Positions 1 through 8,885 of a DNA stretch of 64,000 bases are shown one piece after another (positions within the stretch are counted from its first letter, which is position 1; the number at the start of each line of letters is the position of its first letter). The notes beneath the pieces are model-generated. The model worked only from the letters and a program-made list of their open reading frames with translations, was not told the DNA's origin and searched no databases. Both the position numbers and the translations under genes were made by a program. Source of the DNA: Bacteroidota bacterium (GTDB lineage: Bacteria; Bacteroidota; Bacteroidia; UKL13-3); the NCBI GenBank assembly GCA_947477885.1, contig CANJUD010000003.1, positions 215,774-279,773 of the forward strand. The letters are read 5' to 3'.

Positions 1-125
1 TTGGGATATGATATTTAGTAAACAGTAATCAGTAGTCAGTAATCAGTTGCTGCCGCCAGATTTTTTTAGTTGTTGGTAAATAGTGGTCAGCAGCTAGTAT
101 CAAGTATATCAGGCGTCACCCTTTC
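1..125. repeat. Heptamer-based intergenic repeat element (CAGTAAT/CAGTAGT tandem units, GTGGTCAG and GGCGTCACC core)
   Basis: Tandem 7-nt units cagtaat-cagtagt-cagtaat-cag at 22-48; related to elements at 23080-23170 and 39664-39745 (gtggtcagt / ggcgtcagc motifs). Confidence 0.5.
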
Positions 126-146
126 ATCATTCTACTTGATACGGTT

Positions 147-506
147 TTAATCATTCACAATAAATAAAAGCGAATTATTTATTTTATACCTTACTTCGGC
201 ATAGTTGCCAACCAAATGATCTTCAATAGTGATTTTCTTTTCCAATCGTTCGGTAATTTTATTATATATAACACAACGGCCAATTCTTAAACACTCTGCA
301 ATCTGAGGCAACATTCTGATTGAAAGATTATATTCATCAGCAATCTTGTTCGCCCTTACAATCCTTTTTCCTGTGTCGTTGGCAAGGGCTTTATATAGTA
401 TTTTATCATCCTTTAATTCGGGATGTTCCTTTACCCAAATGGCAAATGGCTCAATAAAATATTTCATGGGCGTGAATAATACAAATGTATCTGTTTCCAG
501 CATCAC
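147..506 (-). CDS. hypothetical protein (119 aa), no family recognised
   Basis: Intact ORF on minus strand; immediately flanked on 3' side by heptamer repeat element; overlapping +strand ORF 346-666 judged spurious. Confidence 0.4.
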   Translation of the reverse strand: MMLETDTFVLFTPMKYFIEPFAIWVKEHPELKDDKILYKALANDTGKRIVRANKIADEYNLSIRMLPQIAECLRIGRCVIYNKITERLEKKITIEDHLVGNYAEVRYKINNSLLFIVND

Positions 507-690
507 ACAGGTTTTTAATGATATTCTTAAAGCAACTGAATCAAGTAATTTCTTTTCAATTGTTGTAATTTCAGTTTGTGCTTTTGATGCAAATGATATA
601 ATAAAAAATTATAGTGCTAAGAGTATTGAAGATGTTTTATTCATAATGTTAATTTTATTGCATTAATTTGCATCTACAAATTAAATACAA

Positions 691-1878
691 ATGAAATTAA
701 AAAGCGCCATACTATTTTTCACATTGTCATTTTCATTTGCCCATATTTTTGGACAATTACCTAGTTTCACTTTCCCCATGCAGGGAACACTAGGGAAAGA
801 TTTTTATATTGTAAATCATGTAGACCAAAATTTGACTGCTAATAAATACAAGGATTTTAACTGCGGAACCAAAAGTTACGACGGACATTTAGGTACCGAT
901 TTCGTGCTGAGAAGTTTCAGACAAATGGATAGCGGGGTAAATGTATTGGCAGCAGAAGCGGGAACTGTTATTGCAGTGATGGATACTTTTTATGATAGAA
1001 ATAAAGCAGGCAATAGTTTAGGTTTCGGAAACTATATATGTATAAAACACCCAGGAAAATATTTTGGCTATTATGGTCATCTTAAAACCAAATCTCTTAA
1101 AGTAAAAGTGGGCGATATAGTAACCGCTGGGCAAGCCATAGCTTTAGTGGGCAGTTCTGGAAATTCCACCGACCCACATGTGCATTTTGAAGTATGGTAT
1201 GATAGTACTTCACTCATTGACCCATTCACAGGAACTTGCCAATCACTAGGCGGACTATGGAAATCGCAACCAGTTTATGATACAACTCATGGTATTATAG
1301 AAACTGGATTGATAAATTTGGTACCAACTGTTGATATATTAAGAGAACGCCCTGCAAGCAAAACTATATATTATACCAACGATTCATTTGTATGCTACTG
1401 GGCTCTGGAAAAAGGCGTTCACCCGGGCGATAGTAGCCGCATCGTTTGGCTTGATCCACTGGGCAAATTGTATTATACTTATTCATTTAGCCACAATACA
1501 CAAGACTATTGGTATTACTACTTTTTTACGTATATAAACAAACCGAAAGTAGCAGGAATTTATAGTTACAAATATTATTATAATAACAAACTAAATGATA
1601 TAGGAGAATTTGAAGTAAAGTCAACTGTAAATAGTGTAGAAAATATTGAAAACAAACTTCCAATTAATATACTATATTTACCAGATGTTATTATTGTAAA
1701 TATGGAAAATAATATAACTGCCAATTATTCCTTATACGATTTAGCAGGTAGACTTATATATAATAACTCGACAAAAAATAATCAAATTATTCTTGAAAGA
1801 AATATATATAAAGGTTTCTATATATTAAATATACAATCGGGGGATTGTAGCAGGGCAGTAAAGTTGGTGTTTGAATAG
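691..1878 (+). CDS. Secreted M23 family metallopeptidase with T9SS C-terminal sorting domain
   Basis: N-terminal signal peptide (MKLKSAILFFTLSFSFAHIFGQ); M23 motifs HLGTDF ... GSSGNSTDPHVHFEVW; C-terminal ~80 aa with Por_Secre_tail-like pattern (YSLYDLAGRLIY...GFYILNIQSGD...VKLVFE). Confidence 0.8.
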   Translation: MKLKSAILFFTLSFSFAHIFGQLPSFTFPMQGTLGKDFYIVNHVDQNLTANKYKDFNCGTKSYDGHLGTDFVLRSFRQMDSGVNVLAAEAGTVIAVMDTFYDRNKAGNSLGFGNYICIKHPGKYFGYYGHLKTKSLKVKVGDIVTAGQAIALVGSSGNSTDPHVHFEVWYDSTSLIDPFTGTCQSLGGLWKSQPVYDTTHGIIETGLINLVPTVDILRERPASKTIYYTNDSFVCYWALEKGVHPGDSSRIVWLDPLGKLYYTYSFSHNTQDYWYYYFFTYINKPKVAGIYSYKYYYNNKLNDIGEFEVKSTVNSVENIENKLPINILYLPDVIIVNMENNITANYSLYDLAGRLIYNNSTKNNQIILERNIYKGFYILNIQSGDCSRAVKLVFE

Positions 1879-2023
1879 ACCTCTTTTATAATTCAAATTC
1901 AACTCTCATTGTCACGTCGAATTTATTTCAACATATGATTCTTGGCTCATTTTGCCAGTAAATAATTCTTTGCTCGGTAAGAGGGTCAAAAAAAGCTTTA
2001 AAAACTGATAGATTCAGAAAGTT

Positions 2024-2980
2024 TTACTTCAACTCCAAAAGCCCCTGCCCAAGGATATATCCTTCACAATACAATTCAAATTTATATTTACCTTTCTTGA
2101 AATCACCGGCACGTTTGTAATAGATTGAAATTATTTCACTGTTATTGGTGAAATCGATTGATTGTTTGGTAGTATATATACTTTCTTGCCCGGCATATTT
2201 AAAGGTGCCTGAGCCAGCTTGGTCATCTTTGATGGCTACACCATCAGGTCCAAATATTTTAACATATACATCTTTGCGGTTGCGGTCGGCCACTGCATTG
2301 CGGGCAAATCCGAATGAAATTTTTAGCTGTTCGGCTTTTGATGCCTTGGTAGTTTCTTGTTCTTTCCCACCACTCCTTATTCTAATTGCTAAGGCTGATA
2401 TGTTAACAGCCTCTAATATTTTTGCATTTTCTAAATCGCTTATTGCTTTACGTTTCTCGCCATCTAATTTATCCTTATCAGTTTCTAAAGTTTTAACGGA
2501 TGCTTTTAGTTCTGTATTTTCTTTTTTAACTTCATTCAATTCAACCAGTTTTTCGTCGAGTTCTTTCTTAGTCTTTTCGTAATAATACTTAAACTTATCA
2601 TACATCTCCATAGCACGTTCATAATCTTTCTTGCTCAAGTTTTTCGAATTCAATAAGCCTTGAATTTCGTTGGCCATATTATATAGCTCTGAGTTCTTTT
2701 TATCAATAACCCCATTTAATGAATCATTGATTCCACGGTAAGTTTCTAATTCTGCTTTAGCATTTGAAAGTAGTTTTTCCAAATCTGCACGTTCTTTTTT
2801 CACATCCATCAAATTGCTTTGCTCGGTTTCCAAAGCTTTGTCAGTATGAAGATACATATATAACAAATAGCCGTTCATCCCCAATAGAAACAGGATGATT
2901 AAGATATATACCAATCTATTAGACTCCTTTTTACGTTCGGGTCTAAAGTTGGCTGGACTTGGTTGTTGGTTATTTTCCAT
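2024..2980 (-). CDS. hypothetical single-pass membrane protein with long coiled-coil region
   Basis: N-terminal hydrophobic segment LVYILIILFLLGMNGYLLYMYL, then K/E-rich heptad-like region (~180 aa), C-terminal globular domain. Confidence 0.55.
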   Translation of the reverse strand: MENNQQPSPANFRPERKKESNRLVYILIILFLLGMNGYLLYMYLHTDKALETEQSNLMDVKKERADLEKLLSNAKAELETYRGINDSLNGVIDKKNSELYNMANEIQGLLNSKNLSKKDYERAMEMYDKFKYYYEKTKKELDEKLVELNEVKKENTELKASVKTLETDKDKLDGEKRKAISDLENAKILEAVNISALAIRIRSGGKEQETTKASKAEQLKISFGFARNAVADRNRKDVYVKIFGPDGVAIKDDQAGSGTFKYAGQESIYTTKQSIDFTNNSEIISIYYKRAGDFKKGKYKFELYCEGYILGQGLLELK

Positions 2981-3102
2981 AATACGTGTTATATAATACT
3001 TAGATATGCAAAATTAAACGATTTGTTCATATTAAAAACAAAAGCTATTGTTATTACGTGGACATCCTAGTCTGTTGTGTCTGAAAAAATGCTCATTGTG
3101 GG

Positions 3103-3248
3103 AATTACGAATTTTCAATTACGAATTACGAATAGTGAGCATCAAGTGGTTGGTCATGGTTCGACTACGCTCACAACCACAAACACAGGCAGTCGCATAA
3201 CCATCTAGCATCAGCCAATTCGTAATTGAAAATTCGTAATTCGTAATT
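3103..3248. repeat. MITE-like palindromic element: ~31-bp terminal inverted repeats built from AATTACGAA units around a ~80-bp core containing GGTTCGACTACGCTCAC
   Basis: Left arm aattacgaattttcaattacgaattacgaat (3103-3133), right arm aattcgtaattgaaaattcgtaattcgtaatt (3217-3248); core motif tggttcgac(t/a)(c/a)cgctcac recurs at 15455 and 30876; partial copy of arm at 12203-12245. Confidence 0.6.
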
Positions 3249-3250
3249 GA

Positions 3251-4732
3251 TTAGTCCATTGCTTTCAACTCGCTCACCAATTTGGTAAGGGCTGACTTAG
3301 CATCGCCGAATAGCATGGAGTTTTTTGGATTATAGAACAGTTCGTTTTCAATACCTGCATAACCCGCATTCATACTACGTTTGTTCACTATAATATTCTT
3401 GGCATTCTCTACATCGAGAATAGGCATACCAAATATGGGAGAAGCGGGATCATTATGAGCAGCAGGATTTACCACATCATTTGCTCCTACAACCAGTACA
3501 ACATCTGTGTTTGAAAATTCAGGATTGATTTCTTCCATCTCAACCAACTTGTCATACGACACATTTGATTCGGCCAATAGTACATTCATATGACCCGGCA
3601 TACGACCAGCAACTGGGTGTATTGCGTATTTAACTTCCACACCGCGTTCTTCTAATATAGTCTCCAATTCATGTATTACATGTTGTGCTTGAGCTACTGC
3701 CAATCCATATCCAGGAACTATAATAACTTTCTTTGAATAATTCATTAAAACAGCAGCATCTGTTATAGAAATTTCTTTGATATTCCCTGTAAGTTCACGA
3801 CCTGCAGCAGCACCCTTACTGCCAGCACCAAATGCTCCAAATATAACATTGCTTAGTGGGCGGTTCATTGCTTTACACATAACCAAAGTTAATAATGTTC
3901 CAGCAGAACCAACTAATATTCCACCGGTTAACATAGCTTTGTTATTATACATAAATCCACCGCACGCTGCGGCTAGTCCAGTAAATGAGTTTAGTAAAGA
4001 TATTACAACGGGCATATCTGCACCACCGATTGGTAGTACGAACATGACACCATATAATAATGCAGCTGCAAATAATAAATACACATGCATGTTACCTTCT
4101 ACATTTCCGTTCACAATTAAGAATGCATATACAAACAAACCAAGCATTAATATATTATTGGTAATATTATATTGTGGCAAACGGATAGGTTTGTTTAAAG
4201 TGCCATTTAATTTAGCCCAAGCTATAATAGAACCTGCAAAAGAAACAGAACCAATGACAAGACCTGCCATTATCATTGCAAGTTTTGCAGTATGACTCAT
4301 GCCACCTTGGTGTGCCATATTTTTTAACATTTCAACTAGGCCAGATAAATCCATTCCTCCTTCTGGTGTAACAGGCATAACTTGATGCCCCATGTGTTGA
4401 AATTCAATCAATGAAATTAATGCCGCACAAGCACCACCCATACCATTAAATATAGAAACGAGTTCGGGCATTTTTGTCATTTGTACTTTTTTGGCAGTCA
4501 TCCAACCCGCAATGGTTCCAAGACCTATAGCAGATAGAATTAAAGTATATATTATTGGTTGAACTTTTTCATCGTGGATGATGATAGTTCCGAGTATGGC
4601 CAAGGTCATTCCGAAGCATGCAATAAGATTCCCTTTTCTAGCAGTTGCTGGATGGGATAACATTTTAAGTCCTATTACGAAAGTAACAGATGCAACTAAG
4701 TAAATGATGTCGAGTAAATATTGTGTGTTCAT
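3251..4732 (-). CDS. pntB: NAD(P) transhydrogenase subunit beta
   Basis: 493 aa polytopic N-terminal membrane domain plus C-terminal NADP(H)-binding dIII domain (GYGLAVAQAQH...VVGANDVVNPAA...); typical PntB N-terminus MNTQYLLDIIYLVASV. Confidence 0.9.
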   Translation of the reverse strand: MNTQYLLDIIYLVASVTFVIGLKMLSHPATARKGNLIACFGMTLAILGTIIIHDEKVQPIIYTLILSAIGLGTIAGWMTAKKVQMTKMPELVSIFNGMGGACAALISLIEFQHMGHQVMPVTPEGGMDLSGLVEMLKNMAHQGGMSHTAKLAMIMAGLVIGSVSFAGSIIAWAKLNGTLNKPIRLPQYNITNNILMLGLFVYAFLIVNGNVEGNMHVYLLFAAALLYGVMFVLPIGGADMPVVISLLNSFTGLAAACGGFMYNNKAMLTGGILVGSAGTLLTLVMCKAMNRPLSNVIFGAFGAGSKGAAAGRELTGNIKEISITDAAVLMNYSKKVIIVPGYGLAVAQAQHVIHELETILEERGVEVKYAIHPVAGRMPGHMNVLLAESNVSYDKLVEMEEINPEFSNTDVVLVVGANDVVNPAAHNDPASPIFGMPILDVENAKNIIVNKRSMNAGYAGIENELFYNPKNSMLFGDAKSALTKLVSELKAMD

Positions 4733-4740
4733 GGTGTAAT

Positions 4741-5197
4741 TTCTAAATTCTAAATTCTAATTTCTAAATTTATTTTGTTTGATTATTGAGTGCTTTTTTA
4801 TATATAGCTCCAAAAATGGTTTGAATTTCTTGGGCTTCTTTAATTAATTCAAGTCTTGATTGATCGACAGTTGTATTTTCGATATCCAACTATTTCAACC
4901 ATAGTATCGACTCTTTCGTTTCTTTTTTACATATTCTAATTTTCATCAAAAAATCCTTTTCACCTAATTTCTCGTTGGCCTCTATATAATTTGCAGCTAC
5001 TGAACCAGACGATCTTACTAGTTGTTTTACATCTTCTTTATTCCAAATATTTACTTCTATCTTCTTTACAAAAGCTCTAATGCTTTTAGCAAAATAAAAT
5101 GTCCTTTCTTCTAAATTATATATCTTTTTATTTTCGCTTTCAATTTGAGAATGTAGCATATCGAAAATTAGAATTTAGATATTAGAATTTAGAATTT
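4741..5197. mobile_element. Inverted-repeat-flanked insertion carrying a four-helix-bundle (TIGR02436-like, formerly 23S rRNA IVS) gene
   Basis: ~30-bp imperfect inverted repeats made of TTCTAAA heptamers: ttctaaattctaaattctaatttctaaattt (4741-4771) and aaaattagaatttagatattagaatttagaattt (5162-5195) bracket the single gene exactly. Confidence 0.5.
4770..5159 (-). pseudogene. four-helix-bundle protein gene interrupted by an in-frame TAG (4890-4892); ORF track shows only the N-terminal 89 aa
   Basis: 89-aa product (…NLEERTFYFAKSIRAFVKKI…RSSGSVAANYIEANEKLGEKDFLMKIRICKKETKESILWLK) matches the first three helices of the family. Reading through the TAG in the same frame adds LDIENTTVDQSRLELIKEAQEIQTIFGAIYKKALNNQTK, the expected fourth helix, ending at TAA 4770-4772. 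Confidence 0.55.
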
Positions 5198-5201
5198 TTT
5201 G

Positions 5202-5510
5202 CTATTTTTTCTTCTTAAACATTTCCAACATTCTGTCAGTAACAACGAAACCTCCCACAACATTTAGTGTTCCAAGCACTACAGCTAAAAACCCTAAAAC
5301 TAGTGAAAGAATGTTGTCAGGGTCAGTATGTAACATTACATATATAGCACCAATAATTACAACACCATGTATCGCGTTAGCGCCTGACATCAATGGCGTG
5401 TGCAGCACTGCGGGCACTTTTCCTATTACTTCTATACCCACAAATACCATGAGTATAACGATGTAAAACATTTGTATGTTGTTACCGATAAAATTTATTA
5501 CTGAATTCAT
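5202..5510 (-). CDS. pntA: NAD(P) transhydrogenase subunit alpha part 2 (small membrane subunit)
   Basis: 102 aa, three predicted TM helices, typical PntAB sequence …IVILMVFVGIEVIGKVPAVLHTPLMSGANAIHGVV…; sits between pntAA and pntB. Confidence 0.85.
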   Translation of the reverse strand: MNSVINFIGNNIQMFYIVILMVFVGIEVIGKVPAVLHTPLMSGANAIHGVVIIGAIYVMLHTDPDNILSLVLGFLAVVLGTLNVVGGFVVTDRMLEMFKKKK

Positions 5511-5513
5511 ATT

Positions 5514-5903
5514 TTATTTATTTTCTATTTTATTAATTAAGTCTTCTATATCTCTTCTAAGTTTTGGAAAATCATTTTTAATAGTATAATAAACCGTTGA
5601 ATAATCGACTCCAAAATATTCATGGATTAATATATTTCTTATGCCTACTATTATTCTCCAATCTATCTGTTTATTTTCTTGTTTTAATTCTTCTGTTATT
5701 CTGGCTGATGCTTCTCCTATGTTCTCTATTAATTTTTGCAAGGCCAACTTAAGTATGTAGTCTTTTAGAAACTCTTCTTCTGCTAATTCTCCAAGAATAT
5801 CAATAGAATCTTGGGAGTACTGAAGAATATGTCTAAGTCTTGCTATATCACCCAGTTTTCCTTTCATATATAAGTCTTTTTTCTTCGTGAATATATGGTG
5901 CAA
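5514..5903 (-). CDS. hepT: HepT-like (DUF86) toxin of HepT/MNT type II TA system
   Basis: Rx4HxY motif (RNILIHEY) near C-terminus; ~115-129 aa; overlaps upstream MNT gene (alternative start at 5867 gives 20-nt overlap). Confidence 0.75.
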   Translation of the reverse strand: MHHIFTKKKDLYMKGKLGDIARLRHILQYSQDSIDILGELAEEEFLKDYILKLALQKLIENIGEASARITEELKQENKQIDWRIIVGIRNILIHEYFGVDYSTVYYTIKNDFPKLRRDIEDLINKIENK

Positions 5904-6150
5904 TATATTTTGACAATCCTTTATCTGACAATAAATCTATTTCTAATTTCAAATCATTAGAAAGTTTTAATTTCATATTTGCAAAATCAAAAAGAGATAC
6001 TTTAGCTAACTCATCCAACTCGACCAAAACATCTAAATCACTTCCAGCCACTTCTTCGTTTCGTGCGTACGAACCAAACACATAAGCCTTTTTCACGGGC
6101 TGTGTTGCAAAAAAGTTCTGTAATTTCAATTGCTGCTCTGCTGTTATCAT
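5848..6150 (-). CDS. mntA: MNT-family nucleotidyltransferase antitoxin
   Basis: GSx10DxD motif (FGSYARNEEVAGSDLDVLVE); ~100 aa; likely start MITAEQQ at 6148-6150, 2 nt after pntAA stop; upstream extension in ORF track overlaps pntAA and is rejected. Confidence 0.75.
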   Translation of the reverse strand: MITAEQQLKLQNFFATQPVKKAYVFGSYARNEEVAGSDLDVLVELDELAKVSLFDFANMKLKLSNDLKLEIDLLSDKGLSKYIAPYIHEEKRLIYERKTG

Positions 6151-6152
6151 AA

Positions 6153-7256
6153 TTATGATTTCAATATATTCCCACCATGACAAATCAAAGTGCCCTTCGT
6201 AATCTCTTCTTCCATTTCCCATTTAAAGCCATCTTTGGTAGCAAGGTATTGTAAAAAAGTACTGAGGTTTTTTGCGTATAGTTCGCTGGCATTGGTGGCA
6301 AGTGAACTGGGCAAGTTTGTAGTACCAATTACATATACTCCATGCTTAAATACGATTTCATCGGCTTTTGAGATTTCGCAATTGCCGCCTTGTTCGGCTG
6401 CCATGTCCACTATTACTGAGCCGTACTTCATCATTTTCACTTGCTCTTCGCTGATTAATAATGGAGCTTTACGGCCTGGAATTAATGCGGTTGTGATTAC
6501 TAAATCAGCTTGCGATAAAGATTTGTTTACGGCTTCTTTTTGTTTCTGCTGATATTCTTCCGAAACTTCTTTGGCATATCCTCCTTCGGCTTTCACGCCA
6601 TCTGATTTTACTTCTATGAATTTGGCTCCCAAACTTTCTGCTTGCTCCTTGGTTTCTGGTCTCACATCTGTTGCTTCTACTTGTGCACCAAGGCGTTTGG
6701 CAGTTGCTATTGCTTGCAATCCTGCTACACCAATTCCAAAAATCAAAACTTTTGAAGGTGTAATTGTTCCCGCTGCAGTCATCATCAGTGGGAAAATTTT
6801 GGTCATGTGATTTGCTCCCAACAACACCGCTTTGTATCCCGCCAAATTGCTTTGACTACTTAAAACGTCCATACTTTGTGCTTTTGAAATACGTGGAATG
6901 GCATCCATTGAAAATGATGAAACACCTTTGCCATTAAGCTTCTGCACTAATTCAGAATTTGACAAGTGGTACATCAAACTGAAAGTGATTTGTCCCGATT
7001 TCAATTGAGAAATCTCATCATCGCCAAATGGGTTCACCTTGGCCACCACATCTGCCTCACTAATCAGTTGGCTTTTGTCAGTAACCACTTTTGCTCCCGC
7101 AGATTCGTACAATGGGTCTTCGAATGATGAGGCTGTACCCGCACCACTTTCGACTAAAATTTCGAATCCGTTTTTGATTAACTGCCCTGCCACAGTGGGC
7201 GATAGAGCTACCCGTTTTTCTCCGGGCTTTGTTTCTTTGAGTATTCCTATTTTCAC
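6153..7256 (-). CDS. pntA: NAD(P) transhydrogenase subunit alpha part 1 (dI, alanine dehydrogenase/PNT domain)
   Basis: 367 aa; Rossmann GxGxxG (IFGIGVAGLQA); N-terminus MKIGILKETKPGEKRVALSP typical of PntAA. Confidence 0.9.
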   Translation of the reverse strand: MKIGILKETKPGEKRVALSPTVAGQLIKNGFEILVESGAGTASSFEDPLYESAGAKVVTDKSQLISEADVVAKVNPFGDDEISQLKSGQITFSLMYHLSNSELVQKLNGKGVSSFSMDAIPRISKAQSMDVLSSQSNLAGYKAVLLGANHMTKIFPLMMTAAGTITPSKVLIFGIGVAGLQAIATAKRLGAQVEATDVRPETKEQAESLGAKFIEVKSDGVKAEGGYAKEVSEEYQQKQKEAVNKSLSQADLVITTALIPGRKAPLLISEEQVKMMKYGSVIVDMAAEQGGNCEISKADEIVFKHGVYVIGTTNLPSSLATNASELYAKNLSTFLQYLATKDGFKWEMEEEITKGTLICHGGNILKS

Positions 7257-7299
7257 CGATATTCTTTTTTTAATACAGGTGCAAATTAAATAGGTAATT

Positions 7300-7345
7300 G
7301 ATAGAAATAGAAGTTTATTTTTTTAGTAGTTAGTAGTCTTTAGTC
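7300..7345. repeat. Heptamer-type intergenic repeat (TAGTAGT units)
   Basis: ttttagtagttagtagtctttagtctgccgaggcgg… resembles the element at 1-125. Confidence 0.35.
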
Positions 7346-7485
7346 TGCCGAGGCGGATGTCTATGCTTACAGTGGGTTTTTTACGATCGCAATTTTCCAT
7401 AAGTTTATAACTTTGGGAGAGTTAAAGTTTTGAGGGAAGTATTCGTAAGCTATATATTTGCCGTGAAAAAATTTAAATAAAACCA

Positions 7486-7920
7486 ATGAAAAAAATATTT
7501 ACTTCTGCATTGATATTGTCAACTATCCTAGTTCTATCTTGCTCTAAGACAAAAACTTTAGCTAACAGATTAGAAGGAACTTGGAATATTGATAAACGGG
7601 AAACTGTTAACGGTGCCCAACAAAAATCGGATGCCAATATTGGAACTTTTGAATTTAAAAGTGATGGAACCGGGACTATGACTATCAAAACTGTTTATAA
7701 TAATTATACAAATACCTCTGTAAATACTTTTTATTGGAGCAATACAGCAAGCACACTCACACTTATTATGGGAAACAGCATCAAATATTTCCAAGTGCTT
7801 GCCAACGAATCGAAGAAACAAGTATGGGAAGAATCCTTCACTAATACCAATTCGAGCAGTAGCGGAGGAACTCCGACCACTACTACTAATTCTGAGAAAT
7901 ATACTTTGAGTAAGAAATAG
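7486..7920 (+). CDS. lipoprotein, lipocalin-like, hypothetical
   Basis: Signal peptide with lipobox (ILVLSCSK); 144 aa; T/S/N-rich tail. Confidence 0.6.
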   Translation: MKKIFTSALILSTILVLSCSKTKTLANRLEGTWNIDKRETVNGAQQKSDANIGTFEFKSDGTGTMTIKTVYNNYTNTSVNTFYWSNTASTLTLIMGNSIKYFQVLANESKKQVWEESFTNTNSSSSGGTPTTTTNSEKYTLSKK

Positions 7921-8045
7921 TTGGGGGAGTAGAAAGACTAAAGACTTTCGTTCCGTCGGCTGATCCCGAATAAGATTCGGGAAGACGGCAATTGATACTT
8001 TATACCTTATACTATCTACTTTATACTTTTGTCTTTCCTCTTTTG
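7921..8045. repeat. Intergenic repeat element, inverted copy of the element at 22545-22650
   Basis: tatactttataccttatactatctactttatac is the reverse complement of agtataaagtagatagtataaggtataaag at 22556-22586; also the hairpin tcccgaataagattcggga, shared with 30825-30845. Confidence 0.55.
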
Positions 8046-8056
8046 TCTTTCCTCTT

Positions 8057-8803
8057 TTATTTCCTATGTATCACACCCGCAACTGCTTGTGCGGTAGGCA
8101 TAATGACGATATCATTTATATTTACATGCGGAGGTCGGTTGATGACGAATAGGATTGCTTCGGCTACGTCAGTTCCTACCAAACTTTCAAAACCTAGATA
8201 TACTTTTTTGGCTCGTTCTTCATCGCCATGGAAACGAACAATAGAAAACTCGGTTTCTACAGCACCTGGATGTATAGCTGTTACTTTTATTGGGTGCGGC
8301 AATAAATCTATACGCATCGTTTTGTTAAGCATGTCTACTGCGGCTTTTGTTGAGCAATAAACATTTCCATTAGCATAAGCTTCTTTAGCGGCTATAGAGC
8401 CTATGTTTACAATATGTCCACTGCCCCTCTCCACCATCGCCGGAAGGACTGCACGTGTTATATATAATAGTCCTTTTATATTGGTATCTATCATAATTTC
8501 CCAATCATCGATATCGCCTTTGTCAATGGTGCTCATGCCACTTGCAAGGCCCGCATTGTTTATGAGTACATCTATATGCTTCCATTCGCTTGGCAAATTT
8601 TGTATGGCACCAAAAACAGCAGCTCGGTCTCTCACATCCAACTTTATTATCATAGTTTCTGTAGGCAAATGCTTTGCAAGTTGCTGTAATCTATCTTCTC
8701 TGCGGGCTGCAAGTATGAGTCGGTAACCTTCCTTGGCCAATAGTATTGCGGTGGCCATTCCTATTCCTGATGATGCCCCTGTGATTAATGCTGTTTTGTT
8801 CAT
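8057..8803 (-). CDS. SDR family NAD(P)-dependent oxidoreductase
   Basis: TGASSGIG cofactor motif at N-terminus; YxxxK (YCSTK) catalytic motif; 248 aa. Confidence 0.85.
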   Translation of the reverse strand: MNKTALITGASSGIGMATAILLAKEGYRLILAARREDRLQQLAKHLPTETMIIKLDVRDRAAVFGAIQNLPSEWKHIDVLINNAGLASGMSTIDKGDIDDWEIMIDTNIKGLLYITRAVLPAMVERGSGHIVNIGSIAAKEAYANGNVYCSTKAAVDMLNKTMRIDLLPHPIKVTAIHPGAVETEFSIVRFHGDEERAKKVYLGFESLVGTDVAEAILFVINRPPHVNINDIVIMPTAQAVAGVIHRK

Positions 8804-8885
8804 GAAGTAATTGTTTCTATATTTGCCGAATTAAAAAAATAATTGCTGCAAAAGTAGCATCTAACTAAAACTAATCATTACAACC

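Noticed and set aside
346-666. 106-aa +strand ORF
   Set aside because: Largely antisense to the 147-506 ORF; low-complexity, no motif; the region 507-690 is more likely a promoter region for the M23 peptidase gene.
3777-4295. 172-aa ORF antisense within pntB
   Set aside because: Entirely inside a confidently identified pntB; Pro/Ala-rich mirror-frame artefact.
5904-6222. 5' extension of the MNT ORF (MGNGRRDYEGHF…) overlapping the pntAA 3' end
   Set aside because: The MNT motif region starts after the internal Met at 6148-6150; the extension would overlap pntAA by 70 nt.
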